Source of the DNA: Stylophora pistillata
Lineage: Eukaryota
Direction of reading: 5' to 3'
Assembly: GCF_002571385.2 (NCBI RefSeq)
Contig: NW_019217948.1
Span: 52,522 to 116,521 of the forward strand
DNA length: 64,000 nucleotides
The notes under the pieces were generated by a model. It ran no database searches. It was not told the origin of the DNA and worked only from the letters and a program-made list of their open reading frames with translations. The translations under genes were made by a program, and so were the position numbers. Of the stretch, positions 36,441-48,235 are shown piece by piece; position 1 is the first letter of the stretch, and every line of letters begins with the position of its first letter.

Positions 36441-37433
36441 CAGATACAATGAATATATGAGGTTCATATATTTTGAACTGCGGTATTAGATACGTATGAT
36501 GCACGATCCTCGCAGTAGAGAGCGCTATTTATGCAATAGCTCCCAGTTGGCTTGTTAGCTCAATTGGTAGAGCGCTGCACTAGTATCGCAGAGGTCAGTG
36601 GTTCGAATCCCGTACAGGCCTGATTTTTTTCAGGTCTGATTTTCGCTATTGCATAAATAGCGCTCTCTACTGCGAGGATCGTGCATCATACGTATCTACA
36701 ACCGCAGTTCAAAATATATGAACTTCATATATTCATTGTATCTGATTTATCATCACGGGTTTATTACGAATCAACTTAACGGCCTGCTCCCAGTTGGCTT
36801 GTTAGCTCAATTGGTAGAGCGCTGCACTAGTATCGCAGAGGTCAGTGGTTCGAATCCCGTACAGGCCTGATTTTTTTCAGGTCTGATTTTCGCTATTGCA
36901 TAAATAGCGCTCTCTACTGCGAGGATCGTGCATCATACGTATCTACAACCGCAGTTCAAAATATATGAACTTCATATATTCATTGTGCTTGATTTATCAT
37001 CACGGGTTTATTACGAATCAACTTAACGGCCTGCTCCCAGTTGGCTTGTTAGCTCAATTGGTAGAGCGCTGCACTAGTATCGCAGAGGTCAGTGGTTCGA
37101 ATCCCGTACAGGCCTGATTTTTTTCAGGTCTGATTTTCGCTATTGCATAAATAGCGCTCTCTACTGCGAGGATCGTGCATCATACGTATCTACAACCGCA
37201 GTTCAAAATATATGAACTTCATATATTCATTGTTANTGATTTATCATCACGGGTTTATTACGAATCAACTTAACGGCCTGCTCCCAGTTGGCTTNTTAGC
37301 TCAATTGGTAGAGCGCTGCACTAGTATGGCAGAGGTCAGTGGTTCGAATCCCGTACAAGCCTAATTTTTTTCAGGTCTGATTTTCGCTATTGCATTAATA
37401 GCGCTCTCTAATCCGAGGATCGTGCATCATACG
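36441..37433 (+). mobile_element. tRNA-containing repeat family B: 100-bp inverted 5' part plus about 3.6 tandem 247-bp units
   Basis: tRNA-Thr(AGT)-like copies at 36549, 36796, 37043 and 37290. 36441-36540 is the reverse complement of the post-tRNA part of the unit. TSD TATCATTATTTAT at 36428-36440 and 37434-37446. Confidence 0.92.
36549..36621 (+). pseudogene. tRNA-Thr(AGT)-like sequence, representative of six copies; probably not a translational tRNA
   Basis: Acceptor GGCTTGT/ACAGGCC, D-arm GCTC/GAGC, loop CT-AGT-AT, B box GGTTCGAATCC, oligo-T after. One mismatch in the anticodon stem and two in the T-stem. Confidence 0.8.
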
Positions 37434-37690
37434 TATCATTATTTATACTAAATCAATGTTTGTTTTCCCTCAGAAAATTGGAGACAGATTTGCGAAGTTG
37501 AGAGGAAGTTTCCGTTTAAGGCTTCTGTACCTAGGTCTCTCTATTTTGTATAATGATGTCAAATAAATCATTTTCTACCTTGGGAGGATAACAAATAAAG
37601 TTTATTCCTTTTAAGTAGTTTTGTTTTCGTAATAACTAATCACAAACGATTTCTTGTTTGAGACACAATTTTACATATTTGGGAAATCTC

Positions 37691-39020
37691 GAGTATGGGT
37701 TTTGGTCGAGGGTAAAATGACGAGGGTCGAGGGTAAAACGTCGAGGGTCCGAGAAAATTGTCGAGGGTCCATAAAAAACTAAAAATTGTAAATTTTAAAA
37801 AATTAAATGTCGTGAAATGTCAGAGGAAACTCAGAAATTACATATGGATATGTTGTGACTTATTGTTTTTGTATACTTTCACGCTTCATTTACACAGCTT
37901 CCACAAATGCACCCGCAACCGCAAATAAATAGATGCCGGCTGATCGAGGTCAAGGTTAACTTTGTGGAAAGCGTGACTAAGCATGGTTTTCTCTTAAGCG
38001 CCTAAATCTCGCAGTTTCAGGGTTTCCATCCACTGTGAAGTCATAAGCAAAAGAACTCGAACTGAGGAACAGCAAATAAAAAATTATTTCGCAACCAGAG
38101 ATACGCTAATAGAGGGGCTTTTAGCATCGTCTGACCAAAGATTGACAAGAAAACGTACAAATTTTTGTTTGAGTACACTTTTTTGTCATTTTTATCGATG
38201 GTGTGTTTTAACATTTGTTCCCTCTGATCCTGCAAAACGTTTTGCACATAACCGAAACTGAAGTTTTTACTGCTGCTGTTACTGTAGTTTTAGTCAAATT
38301 TGTCATGATTTCACGTCATACTCGGAGTGTTAAGAATCTTCTTTCTCCTGACATCATAATGAACTCGGGGATTTCAATCTGATATAAAACTCTCAGAACC
38401 TTCCACGAAATGAATGCTAGTGAGTAAGGATATTTAGCATATTGACCTTGGAACTCCGTAGCTTCTTGTTCTTGCACCACTTTGATTGACAAGAGCTTGT
38501 TTTCCTTAAGTCTTCACACGCCTTGTCAAGGATATTTCCGTTTACAGAGTGTATTCCTCCATCTATTTATATGCAGGCGCGAGGAGACGACCGCGATGAA
38601 GACTGATTTTTTATTTGCTGTTCCTCAGTTCGAGTTTTTTTGCTTATGACTTCACGGCGGATGGAAACCCAGAAACTGCGAGATTTAGGCGCTTAAGAGA
38701 AAACCATATTTCGATCGACAAATTGCTTAGTCACGCTTTCTACAACGTTAACCTTGACCTCGATCAGCCGGCATCTATTTATTTGCGGTTGCGGGTGCAT
38801 TTGTGGAAGCTGTGTAAATGAAGCGTGAAAGTATACAAAAACAATAAGTCACAACATATCCATATGTAATTTCTGAGTTTCCTCTGACATTTCACATTTA
38901 ATTTTTTTTAAATTTAAAATTTTTAGTTTTTTATGGACCCTCGACATTTTCTCGGACCCTGGACATTTTACCCTCGACACTCGACATTTTACCCTCGACC
39001 CTCGACCAAAACCCAAACTC
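37691..39020. mobile_element. Non-autonomous Mutator-like foldback element
   Basis: ~390-bp TIRs (GAGTATGGGTTTTGGTCGAGGG ... CCCTCGACCAAAACCCAAACTC) with internal TCGAGGG subrepeats; 9-bp TSD GGAAATCTC at 37682-37690 and 39021-39029. Confidence 0.9.
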
Positions 39021-39544
39021 GGAAATCTCTGACGATATCTTTAATTGTGTATCACCTAATTTCGAAACAATAAATTAGAAAATCCTATAATTTCAGTTTC
39101 GTAAAATGTGCAAGTTCCACTGAGTTCACTGATTACAGACAGCTGGACAGCGATGACACTTTGACAGTGTGACGGGCAGACGAAGGGAGAAACATTGCAG
39201 TTACGAACAAAATTGCGTTATTTACTGAATGGAGCAAACTTGCTCTAAGGGGAGTTCGTTCAACTTTAGCCAAACAAAGCGAGTGTCTGTGAGTCCTGAT
39301 GGATAGTCCTATGGTGATAGTGATCCACTGAAGTGATCCAGGAACTACTCGCTTCTTATGGGAGGAAGATATTTCTTATCTCCCTCCTACGGAGATGATT
39401 CCCGGCGGTACGGCTTCAGCCAAAATCCATCCGCTGAAAGTGGAAGATCGCCAAGCAACCTCATCCCTACCAGAGTATAATTCCATACCGGACTACTTTC
39501 TTGTCTCGTCACAGTGCTGGGAATCTGCACAGACCGGCTGAGCA

Positions 39545-42500
39545 TCAGTCCATGTCTTCTGTCCTCGAGAATTCCCATACTTGGGCCAGTCTCCCGTCAC
39601 ACGCGCGAACTTTGGCATACTCCGCATTCGAGGAACCTCGGTCAATACATACATCATGGCGTGGTTGGTAGAGCGCTGTTTTCTATGAACGCACAAAAAA
39701 AGCAACAGGGATAAGGAAAAATGATCAAATCTAGCATTTGACAATACTAACTGGTCAGCGGGGAGTCGGACAGCATAGTGCTCAGAGGGTCTCAATGAGG
39801 TTAACCGTTAGCCGTAAAACGGTAAAAGCAATTAGCTGTTAGGTGTAAAAAAAAATGGACAAATTGAAACCGTTATTCGTAAAAGAATGGTAATCGGTTA
39901 CATTTTTTTTTTTTTGCAACAGAAAGACATTAACTGTTTGCCGCACAGTAACCAACATTTTAACTTAGGGCAATCTAGCAAATTGTTCTGTTGTGATTCT
40001 TCAAATAACCGGAGAACGCATCAATTTCGAAAAATAGTAAAAAAAAAAAAAAAAAAAAAAGGGTTACGGAAAAAATGGACCTAAATGCTGCCAACACAGG
40101 CATGATGCACACAATGTCCTATTAGCTGACTCAGGGTATACGCACTCGTACCTTATATTCCCACTTCTGGTTCTGCTGCAGTCCGTCACATTCCCTCAAG
40201 TACAGATCATATCCATTGTAGTCCAAACAATTATCTTCTGATTTTAGCTCTCCCTTGCTTGTTAACACAAAGTACTGGAAACAAAAAAGAAAGGAAATGT
40301 CATAGTTAGCCCTGAACATTCCCCTGATAAATAATATTTGACACCTCAATGGAAACAGTCCGTCATACTGAATGCCTAGTGTTGGAGGAATAGGGACAAA
40401 TTATCCACAGAATCTGTTAAGATTTATTGTGCATTCTCACTTGGTTTCCACCCTGACCATGACACTCATAGAGCCCCAGAGGTGCATCGTCTTTCTTCCC
40501 CAACGTGTCTAGACACTTGTCACTCGAAGGATTCCGAACCTGCAAACAGATAACGACTTTACATAAAACAGTCCCGGATAAAGTATCCATGACAACCACC
40601 TGCACCTGCTCGGAGTCGATTCTATTATCATTTTGACATTCCGTACTATTTCACAACGAATGCTTCAAAGAACCAAGTTCATGTGCCCATGTAAGATTAC
40701 TTGCTTTCATCAGTCATACCAAATATGAGATCGGAATGGTTGGAGGATTAGTGAAATAATACGTGAATAAGATACACTGACAGAAGAATCTGAAGAAGAG
40801 AACTCTATTTCAAATTGCGCTCTTGTTTGTGTTTCACAACTTTCACAGATACATTGACACAGTTATAGTCTTTTCAACCAACCTGTCCAGCTGCCACGAA
40901 GTTTGTATCTGGCACCTCTAACTCAGGAATAATATTCTCCAAATACCACTTAAAACTTTTGCACTGTAACTTCTTTCTCAGAGCAAGTCTTTCACTGACA
41001 TCATCATGCTTTTTCCTCTTTAAATCAAACCGAATGTTGTAGAAATGTTTGCTGTATTCATCCATCCACACATCTGCCACTCTCATAAGATTACGACTTA
41101 CAACATCGAGGTCACCACCTGGACGGGCAGGAAATGAATATGGAAAACGTGGTCTGAACACGTGACCAACACGTGAACAGGGGAGCATTTCAATGGCACC
41201 TCCACACATCCACACCTGCATCAAATGAGACACGGGAAATTTTGGTTAGAAAGAGCAGCACAGGAATTCATCTGATTGAAAATGTGAATGGTCATTTGAT
41301 TATCTGAATCTGAAGTGAACCTTAACTAACATATTTTCACAAACTGTCTACATAAACAATAGCCTTCATTTGGCACAAAAATATGCACCAATATTTGTCC
41401 ACAGACGTTGTCTATTCCAAGAAGCGGAATAGACAATGTCCATTGAGAACAGTTTTCCGTGAGCTTCACTCTTGCAAAAATAATCGCATAGAGGAACAGA
41501 TAAGGTCCAAAGACCAAATGTTTGAGCATATTTGCCAATATTCTGCTTATATTTCTCAGATTCAGCTGTGGCAAATTTGATCATGAGATGCATTTAGACC
41601 AACTGTGCATGAGGTGGGATAATTGTTTTAGTATATGCCACACAGATACTCAAAAATTAGTTAATATACAGAAAAGTGGTCAGCAGTTAAACTCTTTGAT
41701 GCACAATTTTGTTTCATTGGCTGCTCCAGAGGTGAATAGTACTTGCTATTTACCTTTCAACTGCCTGATCAGCACATGCAAAAAGCACTGTTCCCCTGTG
41801 TGGTATATACTAATAAATATAATTTGCTGGGGAAACAGTGAAAAGCTCTGTGAAGCTAATGTAAGAAGCTAGCATATGTTAAAAACAGGTTGACAGTACA
41901 AAATCTCCTTTTTGTGTACATAAACAGAACTTATAAAAACAGACTTACCCTAAATGAAATTTCCAGGTTTTCTCCACCCCAAATGTCCATTCCTGTGTCA
42001 TAAGTTCCTATCTCATTAAAATAACTTTTGTCAATGGAGAACAAGCCTCCTGCCATCACTGGGGTCCTGAAAAAAAAAGGTGAGTGTTTATTGTTTCATT
42101 ATCATATTGGCACAATTGAATTTCATTTTCACTAGTATGTTTAAAGTGTTACAATAATATTATCCACACAACATTTTAGTTCATGCAAATAGTGCCGTCC
42201 TATACCTTGGTTAACAGGTAATGATCTACACAATGACCAAGCTGCTAACAGTTTGACCCAGATTAATATTGAATAATTTACTTTGCCCCGACATAGGATG
42301 CCTCCAATCGAATCCCAGCTGTCTTTAACTCATTATACACAGTGACTGAGATTGACACAGGAATAGTGTACAAGTGTGACCAAAATTGCCAACAGCCTCT
42401 TCCAGATCACCTGCCCACCAAGACTACCCACAGGATTGCATACAGCTTAGTTCACACTGCCTACAACTGTGCAAGAAATCCCTTCAACATGATAAACTTG

Positions 42501-45500
42501 CCACCAATCCAATACAAATTGTCTTTTGTCTTGTCATGATACCCACAATCCAATGAGGATTGCCTGAGTTTAATAAAGATTACCCACAGCATGATACAGA
42601 TTACCTACAACTCAATCAGATTGTCTATATCGCTTGACATAGATGAGATTGCCTAAAGCCTCATAAAAATTGCCTGGAATGCAATTAAGGTTGCTCATGG
42701 CTTGATTTAGATTGCCACAAACTGGATAAAGATCACAAACAGCCCAGGAAAAGTGCTTACTATATAAAACGAATTGCCTGTGGGCCTGAATCAGATTACT
42801 TACAATAATCAAAATGCCAGTCTTAAACACCGATGAAGAGATCACTATACATCAACTAAGTATTTATTTAAATATGTTGAAGTGCCTACCTTATACCCTC
42901 AGTTTCATCTTTACGTCTTTCCATCTCATACTGAGGAACAGGCTTCCAGCCAAACTCTAATCGCCAACGAAAAATTCCCCTATGAAATGGCTCTGGCACA
43001 GCATGGTAATAAAAGTTCTGGTCACTTATTTCATCTATAACTGGCATTACTACATTTGAACGATTTTCAGCAATTTTTGCAAGAAGAGGCACCAGCCAAC
43101 CCTTAGAACATTCACAATGGGCATCCAAAAATGTCAGAACTTGTCCCTTGGCATGTTCTGCTCCAGTAAGCCTTGCCCGAATTAAACCCTCTCTTTTGGA
43201 AAGACGGATAATTCTAACAACTTTTAACTTGGTAACATAGTCTTCAAGCTTTGTCCTTAGCTCATCTGTGGAAAAAAATCATGGAAAAAAAGATACTTTA
43301 ATGCAAATAAAATGAATAAAACATTGGTCAGTAAACATCTATAATAACTCGATCTCAACCTCTCATAGAATTTTATTTAATCATAATCATTAACAATCCT
43401 AATAAAACTATGACAAACCCATCTGAAAATACAAAACTCAATGAAGGCAGTAATACAATTTGCCATAAAAATAAGTGTCATGGTCAGACACCCTTTCTAG
43501 AAATGCTAAACAAGTCATGATTTAAGAGTCAAGTGAAGTGTTGTTGTCAGTCAAATGTATTATTGCTGAAATGTCCATCACTACTACCAATAACAGCCCT
43601 TTTCAGGACTAACTTCACCCCAATGATCAGATTACAAGATAAAAAAACTATTTACTGTTTCACCAATCACTACATGTACCTCTGTCACTGGCATCATCTA
43701 CAAGAATGATTTCCTTTAGTAGCTGAGGAGGAGTCCTATTGATGACACTGTGTACTGTCCTTAGAAGAGTGGACCAAGCTTCATTGTGAAAGCATATAAT
43801 TACAGAGCTTGTGGGCAGATCCTGAGGATATTTCTTTATTTTACACCTGAAATAAAGTCATGATTAAAATTAACAAATAACAGATCTTTGTCTCTCCTTC
43901 ATTTCTGCCCTCCCATGATAGAAACCCATCAAAATGCTCTGTACCAAAAAATGCTACACTGTCTTTGGGGAGGGGATGTACAGTATGGAAATTTTTTTGC
44001 TGCAGAGAGGAGGGTATCCCAGTTCTAGAAGTAGCTCTACTTCATCAAAAAACCTTTACCTTCTATTTGCTGCATGGGTCAAATCTTGTCTCTGTAATTT
44101 TAGGCATATTAGAGCTAGATGGCTCTAATTTTCTAAATTTCCCGAATCAATTGATGTCAATAACCAGATTTATATGGTAAGCAAAATACTCCTTTTAGTG
44201 TTGCCGATTATAACGAAAATCGATAGACTCGCATACATTTGTGAGTGCGCTAAGTTTTCTCTGACGCAACAACGTAATCTGAAGTTTACAATGCAGTTAA
44301 CACTTATCACCAACGAAAAAACATATGTAGGAAACATGACAATTTCCAATATTCTCAACATTGTACGTGTTAATTAGAACTGAGTATCAGCGTTTATAAT
44401 CTCCATCAGAGTTTCTGACATGAAGCACAGATCGCTTACTTTGAATTTCGTACGTCTAGAAGATTTCTTTCCAGGGAAATTTTGTCGCTTACAACTCGGT
44501 TAAATGCATGTTCATGAAAGCCTTGGTCTTCTCTTTTCTTTTCCAAAAAATTAAGCGAGACTCCTGCACCCCATTCTCCAGGCTTGTTTGGATTTCTATC
44601 TGGAGTTTTATCGTACATAAGAAGATTATAATTGGCTTCATCTGCAACCCTGTTTTCCTCTGGCTCGAATTTGTTTGTGAGGATAAAGTATGTAGCCAAA
44701 TAAATCCATACAGAGGATGATATAACCACGAAGTAAAACACAATGCGTCTCCTAGGAATGATCATTCCTCAAACATATTTTGCTCAGTTTCCACGTGATC
44801 AATGAAAGCATTCAACTTTTATCAGATCTCGAACATATGTTGCACAAATTATTCATGGTCTTCCCTCATTAAATAAGTGTAGCCCTTAAAGGAAAGATCA
44901 CGGTGATTTTGAAACATCCTTACAATACCGGTGTTTAAGTCTTACTTCTCTTCTTGATTCGAAAACGTTTGGTGATATGATGCTGAGCCTTCGTTCCATT
45001 CGACCAGTGGAAAGCAAATCAGGAACTGGAACGACTTTTCCGAAGGACTCTCTGGAGTCTTAACGAAAAGTGGTCACTAATGAAGTGAGCTTGCAAGAAA
45101 CATAAGCTATGCTTCGAACAAGAGTTGTGATAAAAAAGAAAACGAGTGCAAATCAGGAAAAATCAACGCAGTCATGTCTTGTCTGAATGGACTAAGAGGT
45201 AGTAAGCCGTAGAAACTCGGCAAACGATCTATAAATGCAGGTGAAAAAATGTGTTATATCTCTGAAACTTAGTGTCGACCGATAACGCCATTACTGTGAT
45301 ACTATGAAATAAAATCAATCTATAACACAGTCCATTGGGAAAAATTGATTTCTCATCTTCCAAAAGCAATTCAATTAAAAACTATGATAATTGATGAAAT
45401 GCGAGCGCTTTAATCAACCTGTTCTAAATGGCGACCCTCTTATGGTGTAGTGGTCAATCATTTGACTTACCTGCTATTTCTGTGGTCCTGAAGTGTTCGA

Positions 45501-45991
45501 TGCACAGAAATCATATCACTGGCCACACGGTTAAATGAATGTTGTTCAAATCCTTCCTCTTCGTCGTCCTTGCGGGACTCCGGTACGGAAACCCCCTCTC
45601 CCCTAGCGCCCGGTCCTTTTAGTCTAACCCCCGACGGATACCTCTCGTAATTGGCCGTCATTTGTTCAAGTTTCTTTTGCGATCTTTTTGAAGCACTAAT
45701 ACCTTTGTTGGAGATTTTTTGATACGTAAGGTTAATGCGGGCTTTCTTTTTCTCGTTCGGAATGTACTGTTTACCCTCTCTCTGGTCTGCTTCCTTGACA
45801 AGTTGGTCATGTTGAACATTCCATTTCGGCCTTTGCGAGGAAGGGTGACTATCGGACATACGTCTCTTCATGTCGATGTTAACTTCCAACGACTGAAAGA
45901 GAAAAAATGACACAGTTCCAAGGACCCAGCAGAAGGAAGTCACCACAATGGTGTAGTAAACCAGTTTTCTCCTTGAAATCAACCGGGCCAT
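39545..45991 (-). CDS. Polypeptide N-acetylgalactosaminyltransferase (GT27), copy B; about 624 aa using exon 1A
   Basis: Exon 1A 45991-45471, then 43846-43680, 43265-42890, 42066-41949, 41215-40883, 40539-40441, 40274-40152, 39682-39545. Motifs [39 protein letters not shown], lectin CLD/CLD/CID. Confidence 0.96.
44440..44765 (-). CDS. Alternative first coding exon (1B) of GalNAc-T copy B; isoform about 559 aa
   Basis: Own ATG, basic tail plus [34 protein letters not shown], phase-2 GTAAG donor compatible with exon 2. Confidence 0.88.
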
Positions 45992-47812
45992 GATCGGTCA
46001 CCATTCACCAGTTTAATGACACACATCTCTACCATGCCAGAACTGGTTCATCGCCGGATCATGTCATTTAAACAGGTTCATGCATAGACCTAGATTTCCG
46101 GAGAGTTAGAATTGACGAATATCGACGAACTATAAAGTACTTGAAACAAACAATGCTAGTTCTTTGACTAGGTCACGTGAACCGACAGGTTCTAGTTGAT
46201 CCACCTGTGAGTATTCGCGCAATACCTGTTACACCACATGTTAACAGCATTCAAATGATTTTACTTTAAATGGTGCATTGATTCGGTTTCCCAAACTGCC
46301 TCTTTTAAGTGAGGTGCGATATTATCAAAGTTTAGAGAAAATAATGCATGACTTGAAGGAGTGCTTCTCTTCTCTCCTGTTACAAGGTTTACAGACTGCA
46401 AGGGTCAAAGTTATCAGTCAGAGGGGTGAATATAGTTGTTAGGTGCTAAGTGGCTCGCTCTCATTATGAAGAGCATTGTTGAATCTCTTGTTTATTGAAG
46501 CAGAACACTTGAAACGTATGTACATTAACCGTTAACGCTCTTTCTGCGATTTTCTTTACCTGCTATGAATCTAGCAGCCTTGAAATGGCAAACCGACGCA
46601 GTTGGTGTTAACGACCTGCGCGCCCCAAATTATTAGCAACTATTTTTTGAACAAAGACGTTTTGCAAGTAAGCTGGCTACAAAGCAGACGAATACTCCTT
46701 TTGCTTAGTATTTTGTATTGAAGAGAGATCTCGCTTTCAAACCGGCTGGTAACCGAGAAGTTACAGTCGAGGCTTCTACAGAACAAAATAGTTTGTGCAT
46801 ACTGTGAGAGAAGATCGTTCTCTACTAGCAGTGTGTTTGCGAGAAGAGTCCCAGAGCTTTTTATCAAGCTTTCATGACAGTATTTCTAAGAAAAGCCTTT
46901 GGTTCGCAAGAAACGGGATCAAGCCCCCGGCTTTCAGAACAAGGAAATGATCAGACAAGTCATGTTGTCAGTCTTATTTCAGAGGTATTCCCTTTCCATT
47001 TCTCCTGACTTGAGCAGGAGGAAGGAGTTACACAGTCAGAAAAGATCAACGCTCACGTAGCGAGTTCTTGTTCCTGCGATAAGGGAGCTTTTAGAACCAG
47101 CGGGTGCAAGATTGCTATTGAGAGCATGCGATATATTTCATTTTCGATACTTCTTTGGATGGGGCAGGTGACCTTGAATGCGAGGCACGCTAGGTTTACT
47201 AGCGAGCCTAACAGCCGAAAAATTATGTTATCGAGGAAATTTGAATCGTAACCATATGCTGGTTAAATTAGACCTACGTGGATTAGTTTTTTTTTTTTTT
47301 TTTCTTTTTTCAGTTTACACGTTTGGACTTCACTTGCACAGCGGACACTGTACTTCTATGTCAACTTAAAGTGGTGGAGTGCCGAGTTTCCTGCCGGTCG
47401 GCACCACGAAGTGCCAGCCAAGCAGGCAGTCGTCATGCTTGAAAGAAAAATAACCAACATCAATAGATTTGAGCGTTGTTAATCAAGAAGGCTGGACTTT
47501 GCGACGTTGTTTATCGTAGAATCCGCGACTCCTTGCCTCACATGGTCACCGAAACGACACGTGAATGAGTTTGTACAAGGGAACAATAAGCTAATACGTA
47601 AAATCAACACGAACTACAGCTTCGATTTAAGTTTCACGGTTTTTAAAGTATCAATAAGTCTACTACTTAGCAAACTGTTATTGTTCAGTTGTTTCACGAC
47701 ACCACATAAATTTAGGTCCGCTTGAAATTTGCCTCAATATATGCACAATTGAGTTCGTAAGACTTTCTGGCTTTGGCTGGAAAAGATTTTTAATCTGGCA
47801 ATGTTTCAAAGA

Positions 47813-48124
47813 AATAATTTGGATATATCAACAAAGCTGAAATGGTAAATTGGCCACCGTAACGATTACAAAAGCTGACGTTTCGAGCATTAGCCCTTCG
47901 TCGGAGCGAATAGAGGAGTTGTGGGTTGTGTATGCTTTTAAAGGCAGAAAATGGAGCTACGTTATTGGTGGGAACATGGCAACGAGAAAAACAAGAATGA
48001 ATTAGTGGAATGAAAAGCGTTCGTTGATCCTTGTGGGATTTAGACTGCCGGTTTGAAAGATGAGCTTTTGTTCAAGATTTTTACGGCTTTCCGTGTTACC
48101 TCAGTGTAAGGAAAGACCGCAGAT
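47813..48124 (-). mobile_element. Penelope-like element 3' fragment (GIY-YIG C-terminus plus pLTR with hammerhead motif)
   Basis: Minus strand reads ICGLSLH*GNTESRKNLEQKLIFQTGSLNPTRINERFSFH*, followed by the same pLTR as at 6101-6196. TSD TGTTTCAAAGA at 47802-47812 and 48125-48135. Confidence 0.85.
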
Positions 48125-48235
48125 TGTTTCAAAGACTTGAACATCGTCAGATTGTTTCAAAGACTTGAACATCGTCGAAATAACATATTTTAAATGAAAA
48201 CGAAAAAACTAAAAAAAAAAAATAACAAAGAAAAC

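Noticed and set aside
36549-37363. Functional tRNA-Thr gene cluster
   Set aside because: Mispaired T-stem and anticodon stem, and the array sits inside a TSD-flanked insertion; treated as a tRNA-derived repeat.
45467-45991. A third separate GalNAc-T gene
   Set aside because: No catalytic exons follow before exon 1B, so it is better explained as an alternative first exon.
5091-45991. Functional glycosylation gene cluster (CRPPA plus two GalNAc-Ts)
   Set aside because: Different pathways (O-mannose ribitol-phosphate versus mucin-type O-GalNAc), the GalNAc-Ts are tandem duplicates, and the sequence gives no evidence of co-regulation.
46560-47730. Further GalNAc-T variable first exons upstream of exon 1A
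   Set aside because: No minus-strand ORF with a TM segment and the conserved stem-end motif was found.
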